Of a DNA stretch of 64,000 nucleotides, positions 1-12,132 are shown in pieces. The position numbers and the translations under genes are program-made. The first letter of the stretch is position 1. Each line of letters starts with the position of its first letter. The stretch lies in NCBI RefSeq assembly GCF_964355755.1, contig NC_092672.1:34354437-34418436 (forward strand), given 5' to 3'. The DNA comes from Antedon mediterranea. Lineage: Eukaryota > Animalia > Echinodermata. Under the pieces are notes generated by a model. It worked only from the letters and a program-made list of their open reading frames with translations, did no database searches and was not told the origin of the DNA.

Positions 1-307
1 CGGTAGTTAGGTTAGTTGGCTAGAGGCTATTAAAATAAGCACCGTAAATGCAGTAAGCCTAACGTATTACGTGATCTAGATTTAGACGTTTCAAAATCGA
101 AGAAAAATGTGGTCCGAGAATTGTATCTGGATAGTAATAATTAGCAGTATAAAATGATATTTACTTCTGTTGCAATGACCTATAAAGAACACTAAACTAT
201 TTAAACAGGTGTGTTCTAAGAATCGCTAAGATTGAGAGTGACAAATATTTGTTTGAACGTACACAAACGTAGTTGTAATATGTCAAAATAGATTTAGAGA
301 ATTCTAA

Positions 308-468
308 AGCTTTGTCTTCACTATAAACTTTAATGTGACAAAAAAGTGTGATGTGGCCAAATACGGTAGTGATATGCTTAAATATGTAGTGATATGACAT
401 CATCATGCCCATATATGGGCACATCACATTTTTTTTGTCACATACAGCTTGATAGTGTATACATGTAG
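308..468. mobile_element. MITE family A (PIF/Harbinger-like; TIR AGCTCTGTCTACACTATCAAACT; internal 21-bp repeats)
   Basis: Diverged copy. Other approximate copies: 575-707, 2106-2285, 5281-5447, 6576-6830, 8573-8728, 9474-9556, 12005-12132, 19307-19545, 21753-21876, 23761-23903, 24777-24901, 25074-25220, 28585-28652, 32133-32266, 38933-39092, 40130-40269, 40920-41074, 42833-42972, 44610-44770, 49645-49798, 55027-55089 plus 58283-58327. Confidence 0.8.
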
Positions 469-511
469 CATAAACTGCCACATGATAATAAATGTATAAT
501 TGAGAGAGTAA

Positions 512-870
512 AGGGATATCGGACTAGCCTGTGAGAGGCATGGGTTCGAGACTTGTTTGTGCCATTGTCATTTAAGCTTTGTCTGCACTATCAAACTAGT
601 TCGACAAAAAAAGTGTGATCGTCCAAATATGGTAGTGATATGCCCAAATAGGGTAGCGATATACTGTATGACATAAAGTTTGATATACATGTAGTGTAGA
701 CGGAGCTTATGGGGTATCGGACTAGCCTGTGAGAGGCATGAGTTCGAGACCTATTTGTGCCATTGCTTGTATTGTATCCTTAGGTAAGACACTTTATATT
801 CTCTGATTGCATTGTCTACCAGTGTGCTTAATTATTTTCCTATAGTGGGCACTACAGTCTTGGTTAGCCA
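512..870 (+). mobile_element. tRNA-derived SINE remnant whose head (~55 bp) is duplicated around a MITE A copy
   Basis: TATCGGACTAGCCTGTGAGAGGCATGRGTTCGAGAC at about 516 and 715, followed by TGTATCCTTAGGTAAGACACTT. Confidence 0.55.
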
Positions 871-2105
871 GTATAAAGTAAAAATATAAAAAATTGAATC
901 AAAGAATTATATTGTGTTCTGTACTTAGCAGTATTGAAATTAACTTCTACTTACTGAGTACATTTAAGGTACAGTGTAACTTCTTTCACTTTCACAATTT
1001 GTTTTACTTTCCCTATTTTAAACTGTTAAGTGCTGCTTATCTCAATATACCAACAATATTTCAACACCTTATTAGGTCATTTGTAGCAATTAGATCATCT
1101 TTTAGGATGACCTGCATAAGTGTTAAAATATTGAATGCGTTGGTATTTGTTTGCACAACAGTATATAAATACTATAAATAACATTTGAATGTTGTTATTT
1201 TACGAATAACTTATTGTAAAAAAGCGTAAGAGAAATGTCTTGCTCAACATTCATGTATTAAATATTGATTATATGGCATGAAATCTTAATGTGTTACACA
1301 GTAAGTAATTCTGATATCGATTGGTACACGCTGTGCAGTCTGCCGTTAATTATGAGCCCCTTGGTTATATCCTCTATTACTATACTGTATAGCAGGGATT
1401 GGGAATTCAAGCATTTGCATTGATTGGCGGTGAGCCGACCACTGTCACCTGCAATCAAGTCCACTATACTGTGCTAAAGTCTAAGAAAATTCGCTTCCAT
1501 TATTTATAAAAATGGTACTGTTTTACATAAGTGATGCGTATATACTTTTCAGAATTATATGTACTGTAGTTGAAATGGAGAAGACAGCAATATGCTATAC
1601 ACAGTACAGTAGAACCACTCCTTTGCTACACCTATATATTCAGGGGAAATCCTATCCCATCAGGAGACTTCTCTGTTACGAGAACATTTGTTGGTTCCTA
1701 AAAGTGTCCCATTAATGGGGGTTCACTGGTAATTAAAACAAGTGAAGTTAGTCAAATATAATAATAATATATCTTTAATTCAAAATTATAACATACGGTA
1801 CAGTACTACTACTAAATCCTCATGAATATAAATCAGAGGTTTTCACTTTTTTTTTCTTAAATTCTTGAGGTTAATAATTATTATTTTTCTTCAGGGAATG
1901 AAGATAACAACATTTTTAAATTAAATAAAAGAATTAATAATCAGAATAATTAAATTAGCAATGTTTTAAACAAAAAAATCTATAAAATCAGAACATTAAT
2001 TTCAATAATACAACATTACCATTTTGATTGAGTTTGCTTCTGAAATTGTTTTTGTCGAATGAATATGTTCTTGAATTGAAATTAAATTGATAATTATTAC
2101 TGATA

Positions 2106-2285
2106 AGCTCTGTCTACACTATCACATTTTATGTGACAAAAAATGTGATGTGCCCATATATGGATATGATGATGTCATCACTACCATATTTGAGCATATC
2201 ACTACCATATTTGGGCACATCACTACCATATTTGGGCACATCATACTTTTTGTTGTCAAACTAGTTTGATAGTGTAGACAGAGCT
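2106..2285. mobile_element. MITE family A copy
   Basis: TIRs AGCTCTGTCTACACTATCA / TGATAGTGTAGACAGAGCT with three ATCACTACCATATTTGRGCAY units. Confidence 0.88.
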
Positions 2286-3218
2286 TAGGATTAGATACTA
2301 ATAAAATCAGAAGCAGTCACACTTCTTCAGTCGATCCTGCTATAATTATACAGAAAGATTATTGAAATGTTCCTTATTTTATTGTAGTAATAAACTTAGA
2401 TTTCTTACTCAGCTACTGTAAACAAACAGCTGATTCGAGCAATTTGAAATGTCATCAAATTTGTGTATACATATATTTCACACAGAGTGAAATAAAAAGA
2501 ATATTCTGTGAATTGATTCATAGCACCAGGTTATTGATTACTCCGTGATCAATATTCGTAAGCACCAATCAATCTCGGTAACGGACGTCATCAAGGTTGC
2601 GTGAAACTATGCATGTGTCAATTTGTATAGATTACCTCTGTTTTTCCTCCTCTTTTGACCATAAATTTTCATTTATTTTTAAGCTTCATTTACTGTGCTA
2701 AAAGAAAAGTAATTATCATAAAATATTTTACGTAGTTTATTAAAACCTGACCATGTGTTCTTGTTTGAAGTGGATGTTCAAGGACAAAGGTAGTGCTGCT
2801 TTTTTTTTAGTATTTTAAAATATTTTTACATTTTAGTTAGAGTACTAGTAGGTATAAATGTCCATGAAGAAACAAGTTAGTTCTCCATGTTTAAACATAA
2901 AACTGATCTAAATTTATTCAGTCTTACTTACTTTTTTGATGATAAAATATCTTGATTCTGATGTAAACAGTAAACAGTACTAGTTATGTTTCGTATCTTT
3001 TAAAATTAAACTTGGCTATAAATATAGAAAATACTAATATATTCTGGCTACTAGATAATAATATTATCTTTCGATGTAGTATTGTATCTATTACCTAATA
3101 GAAGTTAAAAGCAATTTATAGTAATTCCATTTAACTATGGTATAAATAAAATAAGACATATCATGGGACTGTAAATTATGTTAAAATATATAAAAATATA
3201 TAAATCCAAAGGCAAATT

Positions 3219-3600
3219 ACTGAAAAAATGACAATGCTGTGGGTATCAGTGGTTAGATCTCAATGGAGATACAAAAAAAAAGTAAACACTGAAAAAATTA
3301 CAATGCTATGGGTATCAGTGGCTGGATCTCAATGGAGATACAAAAAAAATAAGCACTGAAAAAATGACAATGCTATGATTATGGCTGGATCTCAATGGAG
3401 ATAAAAATAAAATAAGCAAAAAGCTAAATCAAAACAAATTAAACCAGTTAGCAAAATTAGCAGAGCTTTCGGGCAACACTACTGTAGCCCCTCATCAGTG
3501 CAAGTGAGAATACTTGGACAAAAATTGAGAATATGAAGCAGACAAGCGCTGCCTGATATACAAAATTATAAAAAATGTAGCAATAAAAATAGGTTAAAAG
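3219..3600 (-). mobile_element. Hammerhead-bearing dispersed repeat (Penelope pseudo-LTR or retrozyme-like), with three tandem ~65-bp units at 3219-3400
   Basis: Homologous in inverted orientation to about 7855-8010; shares the hammerhead and TCTCxATTGAxATCCAGCCACTGATACC. Confidence 0.55.
3458..3503 (-). ncRNA. Minimal type I hammerhead ribozyme motif (Penelope/retrozyme type)
   Basis: Minus strand reads ttGCA-CTGATGA-G-GGGC-tacagtagtgtt-GCCC-GAAA-GCTC-TGC: core CUGAUGA and GAAA, stem II GGGC/GCCC, palindromic AGCT in place of stem III, UC cleavage site, stem I GCA/TGC. Confidence 0.7.
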
Positions 3601-5120
3601 GGTATAAAGATTGATTAGAAAGTACTAGTCAGTACTAGGAGGTTATAAAGAGATTTGTTGGGCATGCAGTGTGCAGGGGCATGATTTTTTAAGCGGGGTA
3701 CATTATTATAATATTCTGTCAAAAATAGATATTTCAAAGTATAACCCTTCGATCTGCCCCTGTAGAGCACAGTACAGTACAGTACAGTACAGCACAGTAC
3801 AGCACAGTACAGTAGAAGCTAGTTACTTCATTCACCAAGAAAATTAAGAGTTAATACACACTACATAATATGTATGATCTCGTAATATGATTAATACTTA
3901 ATAGCATGTATATATTCTGCTCTTAAATGACCATTAAATGATCTATGAGGATATGAACAATTATATTGATGCGTTATACTGTGTTAATGTGAAATAAATG
4001 AGAGTAGAGTTATAAAGTTTATTAGCAGGGTTAATACGGTTGTTACATTCAATAAGTCTCTATTCTATGTCATTGTCAAGTGTCTAATGAAAAAAGTACA
4101 ATCCCTTCTCCTTTCATTGTCATTTACTGCAGCATCACCATATTATCATTACTATACTAGATGATGATAATAATTAGACCATCATCATAATTTAATCACC
4201 ATTTTATACATTATGATTTATTATAATTATTTTTTTCTCTTTTTAAAATGAAAGAAATAAATGTTTATTTAAATTAAATCAAAATAAAAAAAACGTAAAG
4301 CAGAAAGCATATTAAAATGATTTCCTAAAAACGAAGAAAAAATTATTTTATAAGTAATTTGAAAGTTTTGAAACCAAAATTACAGAATACAAATAAAAAC
4401 TCTGCATTATGAATCATGCAGTAGTATTATTTTGAGAGGTCAAGTGAGGACATAGATGGCTTCCTTGTAATTGTGCCGTCTTGTTAATTAACCTACCTTT
4501 ACAATAAATGCAATTTGTGTTATGTGTTATGTCCTAAAAATAGAGTTCTGATGTCACTCGAGGTTGGTGAAATAATTGTATGATACGAATTGACATTTAA
4601 AATAAAAAATACAGAAATCTTTCTTTTAATAATGAATGTTCTGACATCTTGTCTTTGTTAATAAATAAACTTAAGTTCTTCCAGTTGTTATTAAGTCTTA
4701 TTTTAGTGGTTTAAAATTGTCTGTTTAATGTTTTGATTCGACTCCCTAAGCCTCAAATGAAACTTTGAAAGTTTATAAGCACAATCATTTGTAGTTTCTT
4801 GCAGTTTGATGTGTATAAAATAAATATTTAAACTTTAGAAAATGCTCTGCTACCAATCCAAGGGTTAAAGTCCTGTCATATGTTAGGATTTTTTCTAATG
4901 GCAAATTACAACTCCACTACCAAAGACTTGTAATAAGACATTGTTTATGTAGAGCATCTTATGTATATGTTTGTCTTGTGAATGGAATTGTGAATAATTT
5001 TGCTTATGGTTATTCTTAGCAATTTACCTAAATATATATATTTTTGTAAAAAAGCTATAATACCACTATTTTGTTAAGGATACATGAATAAACATTAAAA
5101 AAACTTTTATTTTCTTTCAG

Positions 5121-8100
5121 ATCGTCCAGCTGGTGAGTTTAGTGACGAAGACGATCCTGAGTTTTTTGATGCCGTTGAAGAAACACCAGCAGACAAATTC
5201 ACAGTGTCACTCCCCAGAACAAGTGCTTTAAAATCTCACAGGTAAATAGTTAGAATTTGTGTTGACATCAGCCAAACTAAAGCTCTACTATCAAAGTAGT
5301 TTGACAAAATTGTGTGATGTATGGTAGTGGTATGCCCAAATATGGTAGTGATATGCCCAAATATGTTAGTGATATGACATCATCATGTCCATATATGGGC
5401 ACATCACAATTTTTTTGCCACATAAAGTTTGATAGTTTAGACAGAACTTTAATGTAATTGCTATTGGGCTATGAACATTTCATTTACCTTTTGGACATCA
5501 GCTTTGACATATTTCAGATAAAAATATACATACTGTTTATAAAAAGAGGACACATTTGGAAAAAGGTCCATTGAGGACTTTTATGGGTTATCCTTGGCAT
5601 CGTTATTTATTGTAAAGCTCTGTCTTTTTTGATCAAGACTCTTAAGGTATACAAGAGAATGAAGCAAATGGCTCTAAAATGTCAGAGCCCAACAAAGTGT
5701 TCCCTTTAATAAAGGGGTGTCCCCTGAATAAAAGTTGGCCATAGTGTTAAAGTCAAGTCAAGTCAAGTATCAATTATTATCATTTGTTTTAGAAAAAACA
5801 TAGAAATTCTGTTTGCTCTGTTGGCGGAGCACAATATCCAACGGACACAACATGCACTCAAAACAAAAACATTACAAAAAAGTGTTTACATTATGTTTAA
5901 GGCTCTATATAGCTCCTGGAAAGCCTACATTTCCCCTTGTTTGTTTCACAGGAAAGTACCCTTTCCTGAAAAGGAGTGACCTCTGAACAGGAGTCTCCCA
6001 TAGAGCGGTTCTATTGTAGTTATCAATTGTGTATTAGTAGTATTGAATACACAAAGCCATTGATCAGTTATAAAAAGTTAATTTTCATCCAGAGAGAATT
6101 AGACATGATTTTCATAGGCACACCCTAAAAATAACCTCCTTCTAAAATAACATACCTTTGTGTATTTTGTCATCAACTTTGTGCGTTTTGACACCAAATT
6201 AATTTGAGCTTATCTTTTATTTGTGCAGACGTCAAGGTAGTGAACACAGCTGTAACAGTATAGGAGGAGAGGCACGCATCAACGACGAGTACAGTAGTGA
6301 TGAAGATAAGATGCCCGAAAGAGATGAGGCTAGTGTCATCTCGATCAAAGGGAACTTAGATAAAAGGGAAGAGGTAAAAAATACATTTTAAATACATACA
6401 TTTTTTTCTTCATTCTTTCATTGACTACTATGGAGAAGATGGCTTCTGTTTTAAGTGTCTTGAGGCTTTTTTTTTTAAAGGTTATACCTCTACTGCACTT
6501 AGTAATACCTGTATACTAATAATAGTAATACAGTATAATTCATAATCTATCTATAGAATAGTAGTCTATAAAGCAGCTTTGTCTACACTATCAAACTAGA
6601 TACCACAAAGCTACAGTGCCACTACAATTTCCATGTCTTGGCTGCATCTCTTAAAGAGATGATTGGGTAGCAAGATTTTTGATCTGATTATATTCTGATG
6701 ACAAAAAAGTGTGATGTGCCCAGATATGGTAGTAATATGCCCAAATGTAGTAGTGATATGACATTATTGTGTCCATATATGTGCACATCACATTTTTTTG
6801 TCAAAAAAAGTTTGATAGTGTAGACAGAGCTTTAATTGCGCTTAATAACCTACAGTATAATCACTGTACATAATCTATTTTATATAACACCTATATAAAT
6901 TCCTGTCATTTGATTGGACGAATGTGGGTCACATGGCGTGCAATAGTACGCACTATTCAACGATCGTTAAATAGTACTTTTTGAAACATTTTTGTGTACG
7001 AAAAAAAAACGTCTAGATGTTATATAAAACAAATAATGAATGTTTTGTATTCGTGTAATGGTACAAATAATGGCACTTGGTGAATGATGAAAAGTTATAT
7101 CAACTCGGCTTTGCCTCGTTGATATAACCTTTCATCATTCACCTCGTGCCATTATTTGTACCATTGCACTCATAAACATTCATTATTTGTATAATAGTAC
7201 CATAGAATAGTAGTTAGTCTATAGTATGCATTCAGATGAGAACAAAATCAAGTTTGGAAATTCAAAACGAACTACTGTATTTATTGTTTTATGTAGGACT
7301 CAACACTTATATCAGGACAGGGTCTTGCATTGAGTAAGAGACGAGCAACAATTCCAGAACGACCTAATCACAGTCTAAATCTATGGAGTATTATGAAAAA
7401 TTGCATTGGCAAGGAATTATCCAAGATACCAATGCCGGTAAGTATGATTTGATAGGGCAAAAGGGAAGGAAAAAGTATAGAAGAGAAGTAATGGAAAAGG
7501 GAAGAATACAATAGGCTTTGTCTTTTTAAACTTGTAGGTGTGCTACAAATTGCACTCTTCAATACATTAGTGATTTCTTTACACTGTTGGATCTTGAATA
7601 AATAAATAAATAGTGTTGTGCTGTTTGTATTTTGGTGTATAGAAGTTTGCCAAATTTTACGTGTCTTGTAAATCACACTCCTCAAGGGCAGTTTAGGAGT
7701 GTGTTAGGTGAGTGATCGCACTCGATCACCTCAAAAGAAAAGACCTGATACAAGGAAGGAAAATTAGAGATAAATATTCTCACATTTTGATTCAGTGACC
7801 AAATAGTCAAAACATTGTTATTTCCTTCCATATCAATATACAGCAACAAGAACTCACACTTTTACTGATGAAGGGCTAGTGTTGCCCAAAAGCTCTGCTA
7901 ATTTTTCTGGCTGTTTTACTTTATCGTTTTGATTTTGATTGTTTTATTTGATTTCATGATGTCTCAATTGAAATCCAGCCACTGATACCTAAAGCATTTC
8001 AGTAATTTTCTTTTCGATTGATATACTGTATAACACCTATATTCTCAGGTTGAACTTGAACCCACAACTTCCAGATCACTGGTCTGGTGTTCATACCTGC

Positions 8101-11100
8101 ATGCGCTGATGGCTCAGGTATTATATACCTGTCGTGTTGTGGGAATAAATACAATTGATTGTATAGTGAATTTAGTCAAAATTAGTACAATACTTTTTTT
8201 TCTTTCAGGTGAATTTTAATGAGCCTCTCTCAATGTTACAAAGATTTGTGGAAGATTTAGAGTATGCAGATATCTTAGATAGAGCTGGAGAGTGTAAGAC
8301 GACGGCAGAAGAATTAGCGCATATCGCTGCTTACACTACGTCAATGTATGCTGCTACGTCTTATCGTACATCTAAGCCATTCAATCCCCTGCTAGGAGAG
8401 ACCTATGAATGTGATCGAACCAGTGATCTCGGATGGAGAGCGTTCACTGAACAAGTAAGTTTTTTTATATATGAGTATTCATGAAGTCCCTGAGCAAATA
8501 ATGTGTAAGTTATTATAAGAAAGAAATTGCTAAAGAATGAAAAACCACTTCTTCTAACTCAGACTTCTTTAAAGCTCTTTCTACACTATCAAACTAGTTT
8601 GACAAAAAAGTGTTATGTGCCCAAATATGGTAGTTATGTACCCAAATATGGTAGTGATATGTCATCCTGTCCATATATGGGCACATCACATTTTTTTGGC
8701 ATATAAAGTTTGATATTGTAGACAGAGCTTTATAATTGTTGCATCCATAAACAAATCTACTCTCTACTGCTTTGTTTTAAACCTAATCAAATACAAAAAC
8801 GAGTAAAAATCACTTTTACAGCCTCTCAAGTTGTCGGCAGTCGGAATTATGCATGTTCTTGACGATCTTGACTTCCTATTATAAGCTTACTTGACCAATC
8901 GCTTGCCATTATACATTAGCTGCACTACAATTGAAGCCTGATTATTGGAAGGCTTAGAACACAAGACTCAATTAGATTATAATTCAATTATTCAATACAC
9001 ATAATTATTATTCATCAATCTCTATTTCTCTGAGTCGTGATCAGCATATTCCTTGTTCTTGCAAATTTAATCCTATCCCATTATTATTGTATATATAGTT
9101 TTTTGTTCAGAGTTACTGAGACACACCATTTACAAATGTAAAATGTATTTTATTGTTATGTTATAAGTACAAATGTATATATAGTGTAATATGATGTGTG
9201 AAATAAAACTGAAACTGTAATAGATATGATATGCAACACATATTATGAATAAAGTAGAAGCTATATTAAAGGGACACCTTTTGGAGTGTTAGTCCCCTTA
9301 ATAAGGATGGTCATAGTGTTGTTGCTCGTTTCACAGGTAAATGTCCCCTGAATGTAGGGGTGTCCCAAAGGAGAGTTTCTACTATATGAGTCAAATTTTA
9401 ATACAGTAATAATAAATATTAAGGTTGCTACTAGATATTTAATCATTTTATTAGATCATCAATAACAATATTAAGCTCTGTCTACAAAAAAAGTGTAATG
9501 TGTCCAAATATGGTATGCCCAAATTTGTAAACTAGTTTGATAGTGTAGACAAAGCCTAATAAAGTTTCTTGAGATTTTGTCAACAACTTTGAGACTATTT
9601 TACTTCATCTTAAGCTATGTTTCTTTCTTTTTCTGTAGGTTAGTCACCACCCCCCAGCCGCTGCAATGCATGCCGAGGGAAAACAATGGGAACTGTGGAC
9701 GGACATCACAATTTCTAGTAAATTTCGAGGAAAGTATTTACAAATCTTTCCACAAGGAGTAACGCATCTAAGGTTTAAGAATTCTGGAAGTCATTACACA
9801 TGGAGGAAAGTACCCCTCACTGTACATAATATAATTGTTGGAAAGCTCTGGGTGGACAATGTAAGTGTTGCAATGTTAATTGTCCCAGTAAACTTTTGGA
9901 AATCTGTTTTTCTAAAAAACTTAAAATTTTTGGCTAGTCTAGTTTACCTTATTGGCTAGCTCAACAGACAAGGTTGGCTAGCCCAAAGGACATTATTATT
10001 GGCTAGCTCAATGGACATTGTTGGCTAGCCCAATGGACATTATTGTTGGCTAGCCCAATGGACAAAATTGTTGACTAGCCTAATGGACAGAATTGTTGGC
10101 TAGCCCAATGGACATTGTTGGCTAGACCAATGTACATAATTGTTGACTAGCCCAATGTACATAATTGTTGACTAGCCCAATGTACATAATTGTTGACTAG
10201 CCCAATGTAGAATGTTGGCTATCCCAATGTACACTGTTGTTGGCTATCCCATAACCCAATGTATATTGTTATTACATATTGTATTGTAGTATTATATATT
10301 ATGAACAATTAAACACCTTTTTTTAGGCTGGAGACTGTGAAATCGTTAATCACACAACAAAAGAAGTTTGTCGGATGACTTTCAAAGCCTATAGTTATTT
10401 CTCTAGGGACATACCAAGAAAGGTAGGTACTTAAACGGGTTTTACATACAAGTGAATTCCATCAGCTATTAATGAATTTCTTAACATTTATCTAAGCTAA
10501 CTATGACTTTTAAACTTTAAGGTAACTGGTGTTGTAACCGACATCCATGGTACGGCTAAATATGTACTATCAGGAACTTGGGATAAGAAAATGGAGTGTG
10601 CTCAAGTTTTGAATATAACAATTGATAAATCCAGTAAAGACAAACCAGTGTATCAGACAGGACCATCCAAGTTACTTTGGACGAGGAGGCCATTACCGTA
10701 AGTGTACCGATATTGGGTTTTTTTATTTATACTGGTAACCTTTTCTGTCAAAGACTGGTCTTCCAGAGGGCCCAGTTATGATTAGTGGCTGTGTGTGTAC
10801 TACTACACCAGGGTAACTCCCTACTCGTCTCGAAATGTGTACTAGGTTCTTTAAAGTGCACATGAGCTAGATATGTACACTGGACCTACGGTTTATAGTG
10901 CTAATCCGAGAAGACTTTTTCTGCTACCAGAACCATGGAGCGAGTGAGCCTCGAACCCTTACCGATGTTATGGCTACGTAATTACGTTTCCACTGTTCTG
11001 AACTGCCCTGCCACTCACTTGTTAGATAGATAGATAAGATAGAAACTGTGGCAAAAGACTGTAGCAAAAGAAGTTATACTTTCTATGTTGTGTATATCAT

Positions 11101-11998
11101 TCTTTACAGACCTGGTTTAGAAAAAGTGTATTATTTCGGCGAGTTGACAATGACGTTGAATGAAATGGAAGATGGAGTCGCACCAACCGATAGTAGACGA
11201 CGACCGGATCAGAGACTAATGGAGCAAGGCGAATGGGACGAGGCAAATAGAGAAAAGCTACGATTAGAAGAAAAGCAAAGAGCATCAAGACGCAAGAGAG
11301 AGGAAGAGGCTAAACAACATGCAGATGAAGGTAAGTAATTAGTCATGCATCAATAAACAAATAAAGCTTTTACTTTTCCCAGCTCAAAATGGATGTGGTA
11401 AACATACAAGGAGTCTATAGGATTTATTTAGTGTAGTTCACACTATGGACATACAACATATGAATATTCAATTAAACATCTATTTCAACAAAATTCAGCG
11501 AATATCAACATATTATATTATTTAATCTCGTGCATTTTAAAATTAAAGTTGAAGGTATATGTAAATTTACAAACAAACCAAAAATATCTATACACTAAAC
11601 TGTCCCATCGTTTTGTGGAAAGTTGCTCAGTGACCCAACAAGCAGTGCTACAGTAATTAAATTCATTTTAATCTTGCAAATGTAAAGAATTATTGAAAGT
11701 ACACTTTTTTTTATCAAGCTGCCGATAAATCCTTTTTTTCATACAGAGTATTTCTGTAAAACAAATAAATGTGTATAGAAGATTGCATTACAGAAATAAT
11801 ATAGTTTTAGAATCATTCACATTCCTAATTTTTCACAATTTTCCATCTGTTTCAGGCAAAGTTTATGAAGTATACAGACCAAAGTGGTTTAAACGTGAAA
11901 TGGATGCATTTAGCAAGACAATGTCTTATAAATTTACAAACGAGTATTGGCTAAGAAAGAGAAATCAAGAATGGACAAGATGTGCTAATATCTTTTAA
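5121..11998 (+). CDS. OSBP: Oxysterol-binding protein (OSBP1/ORP4 subfamily), 3' part; PH-domain exons lie upstream of the window
   Basis: Phase-consistent GT-AG exons 5121-5241, 6229-6373, 7297-7437, 8209-8454, 9639-9860, 10327-10422, 10522-10697, 11110-11330, 11856-11998. They encode the FFAT motif [50 protein letters not shown], the signature EQVSHHPP (split across 8454/9639) and PTDSRRRPDQR. Confidence 0.95.
6576..6830. mobile_element. MITE family A copy with a ~100-bp internal insert
   Basis: Both TIRs present; extra sequence at 6599-6699. Confidence 0.8.
6881..7193. mobile_element. Non-autonomous element with a long terminal hairpin (Crypton-like)
   Basis: Imperfect inverted arms of about 75 bp at 7029-7190 centred on ACTCGGCTTTGCCTCGT, plus a short IR TATATAACA (6881) / TGTTATATA (7018). 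Confidence 0.6.
7862..7899 (+). ncRNA. Degenerate hammerhead ribozyme copy
   Basis: CTGATGA-A-GGGC-tagtgtt-GCCC-AAAA-GCTC-TGC; the catalytic G12 position is A. Confidence 0.55.
9950..10262. repeat. Minisatellite, 21-24-bp unit
   Basis: TTGTTGGCTAGCCCAATGGACA repeated about 12-13 times. Confidence 0.9.
10720..11020 (-). mobile_element. tRNA-derived SINE with Deu/Nin-like central domain
   Basis: Minus strand shows a B box GGTTCGAGGCT, then ACTATAAACCGTAGGTCC...TAAAGAACC...TTCGAGACGAGTAGGGAGTTACCCTGGTGT and an A-rich tail; related copies at 48334-48655 (+) with a duplicated head. Confidence 0.65.
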
Positions 11999-12004
11999 GG
12001 CTTA

Positions 12005-12132
12005 AGCTCTGTCTATACTATCAAACTAGATGTGCCCAAATATGGTAGTGATATACCTAAATATGGTAGTGATATGACATCATTGTGTTCATATATGAGC
12101 AAAACATAAAATTTGATAGTGTAGCAGAGACC
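12005..12132. mobile_element. MITE family A copy 6 bp after the OSBP stop codon
   Basis: AGCTCTGTCTATACTATCAAACTAG...TTTGATAGTGTAG. Confidence 0.8.

Noticed and set aside
6695-6710. CTGATGA as a hammerhead core (also at about 62175 on the minus strand and 57444)
   Set aside because: No downstream stem II plus GAAA; these are a MITE junction, chance, and the RT FADD codons respectively.
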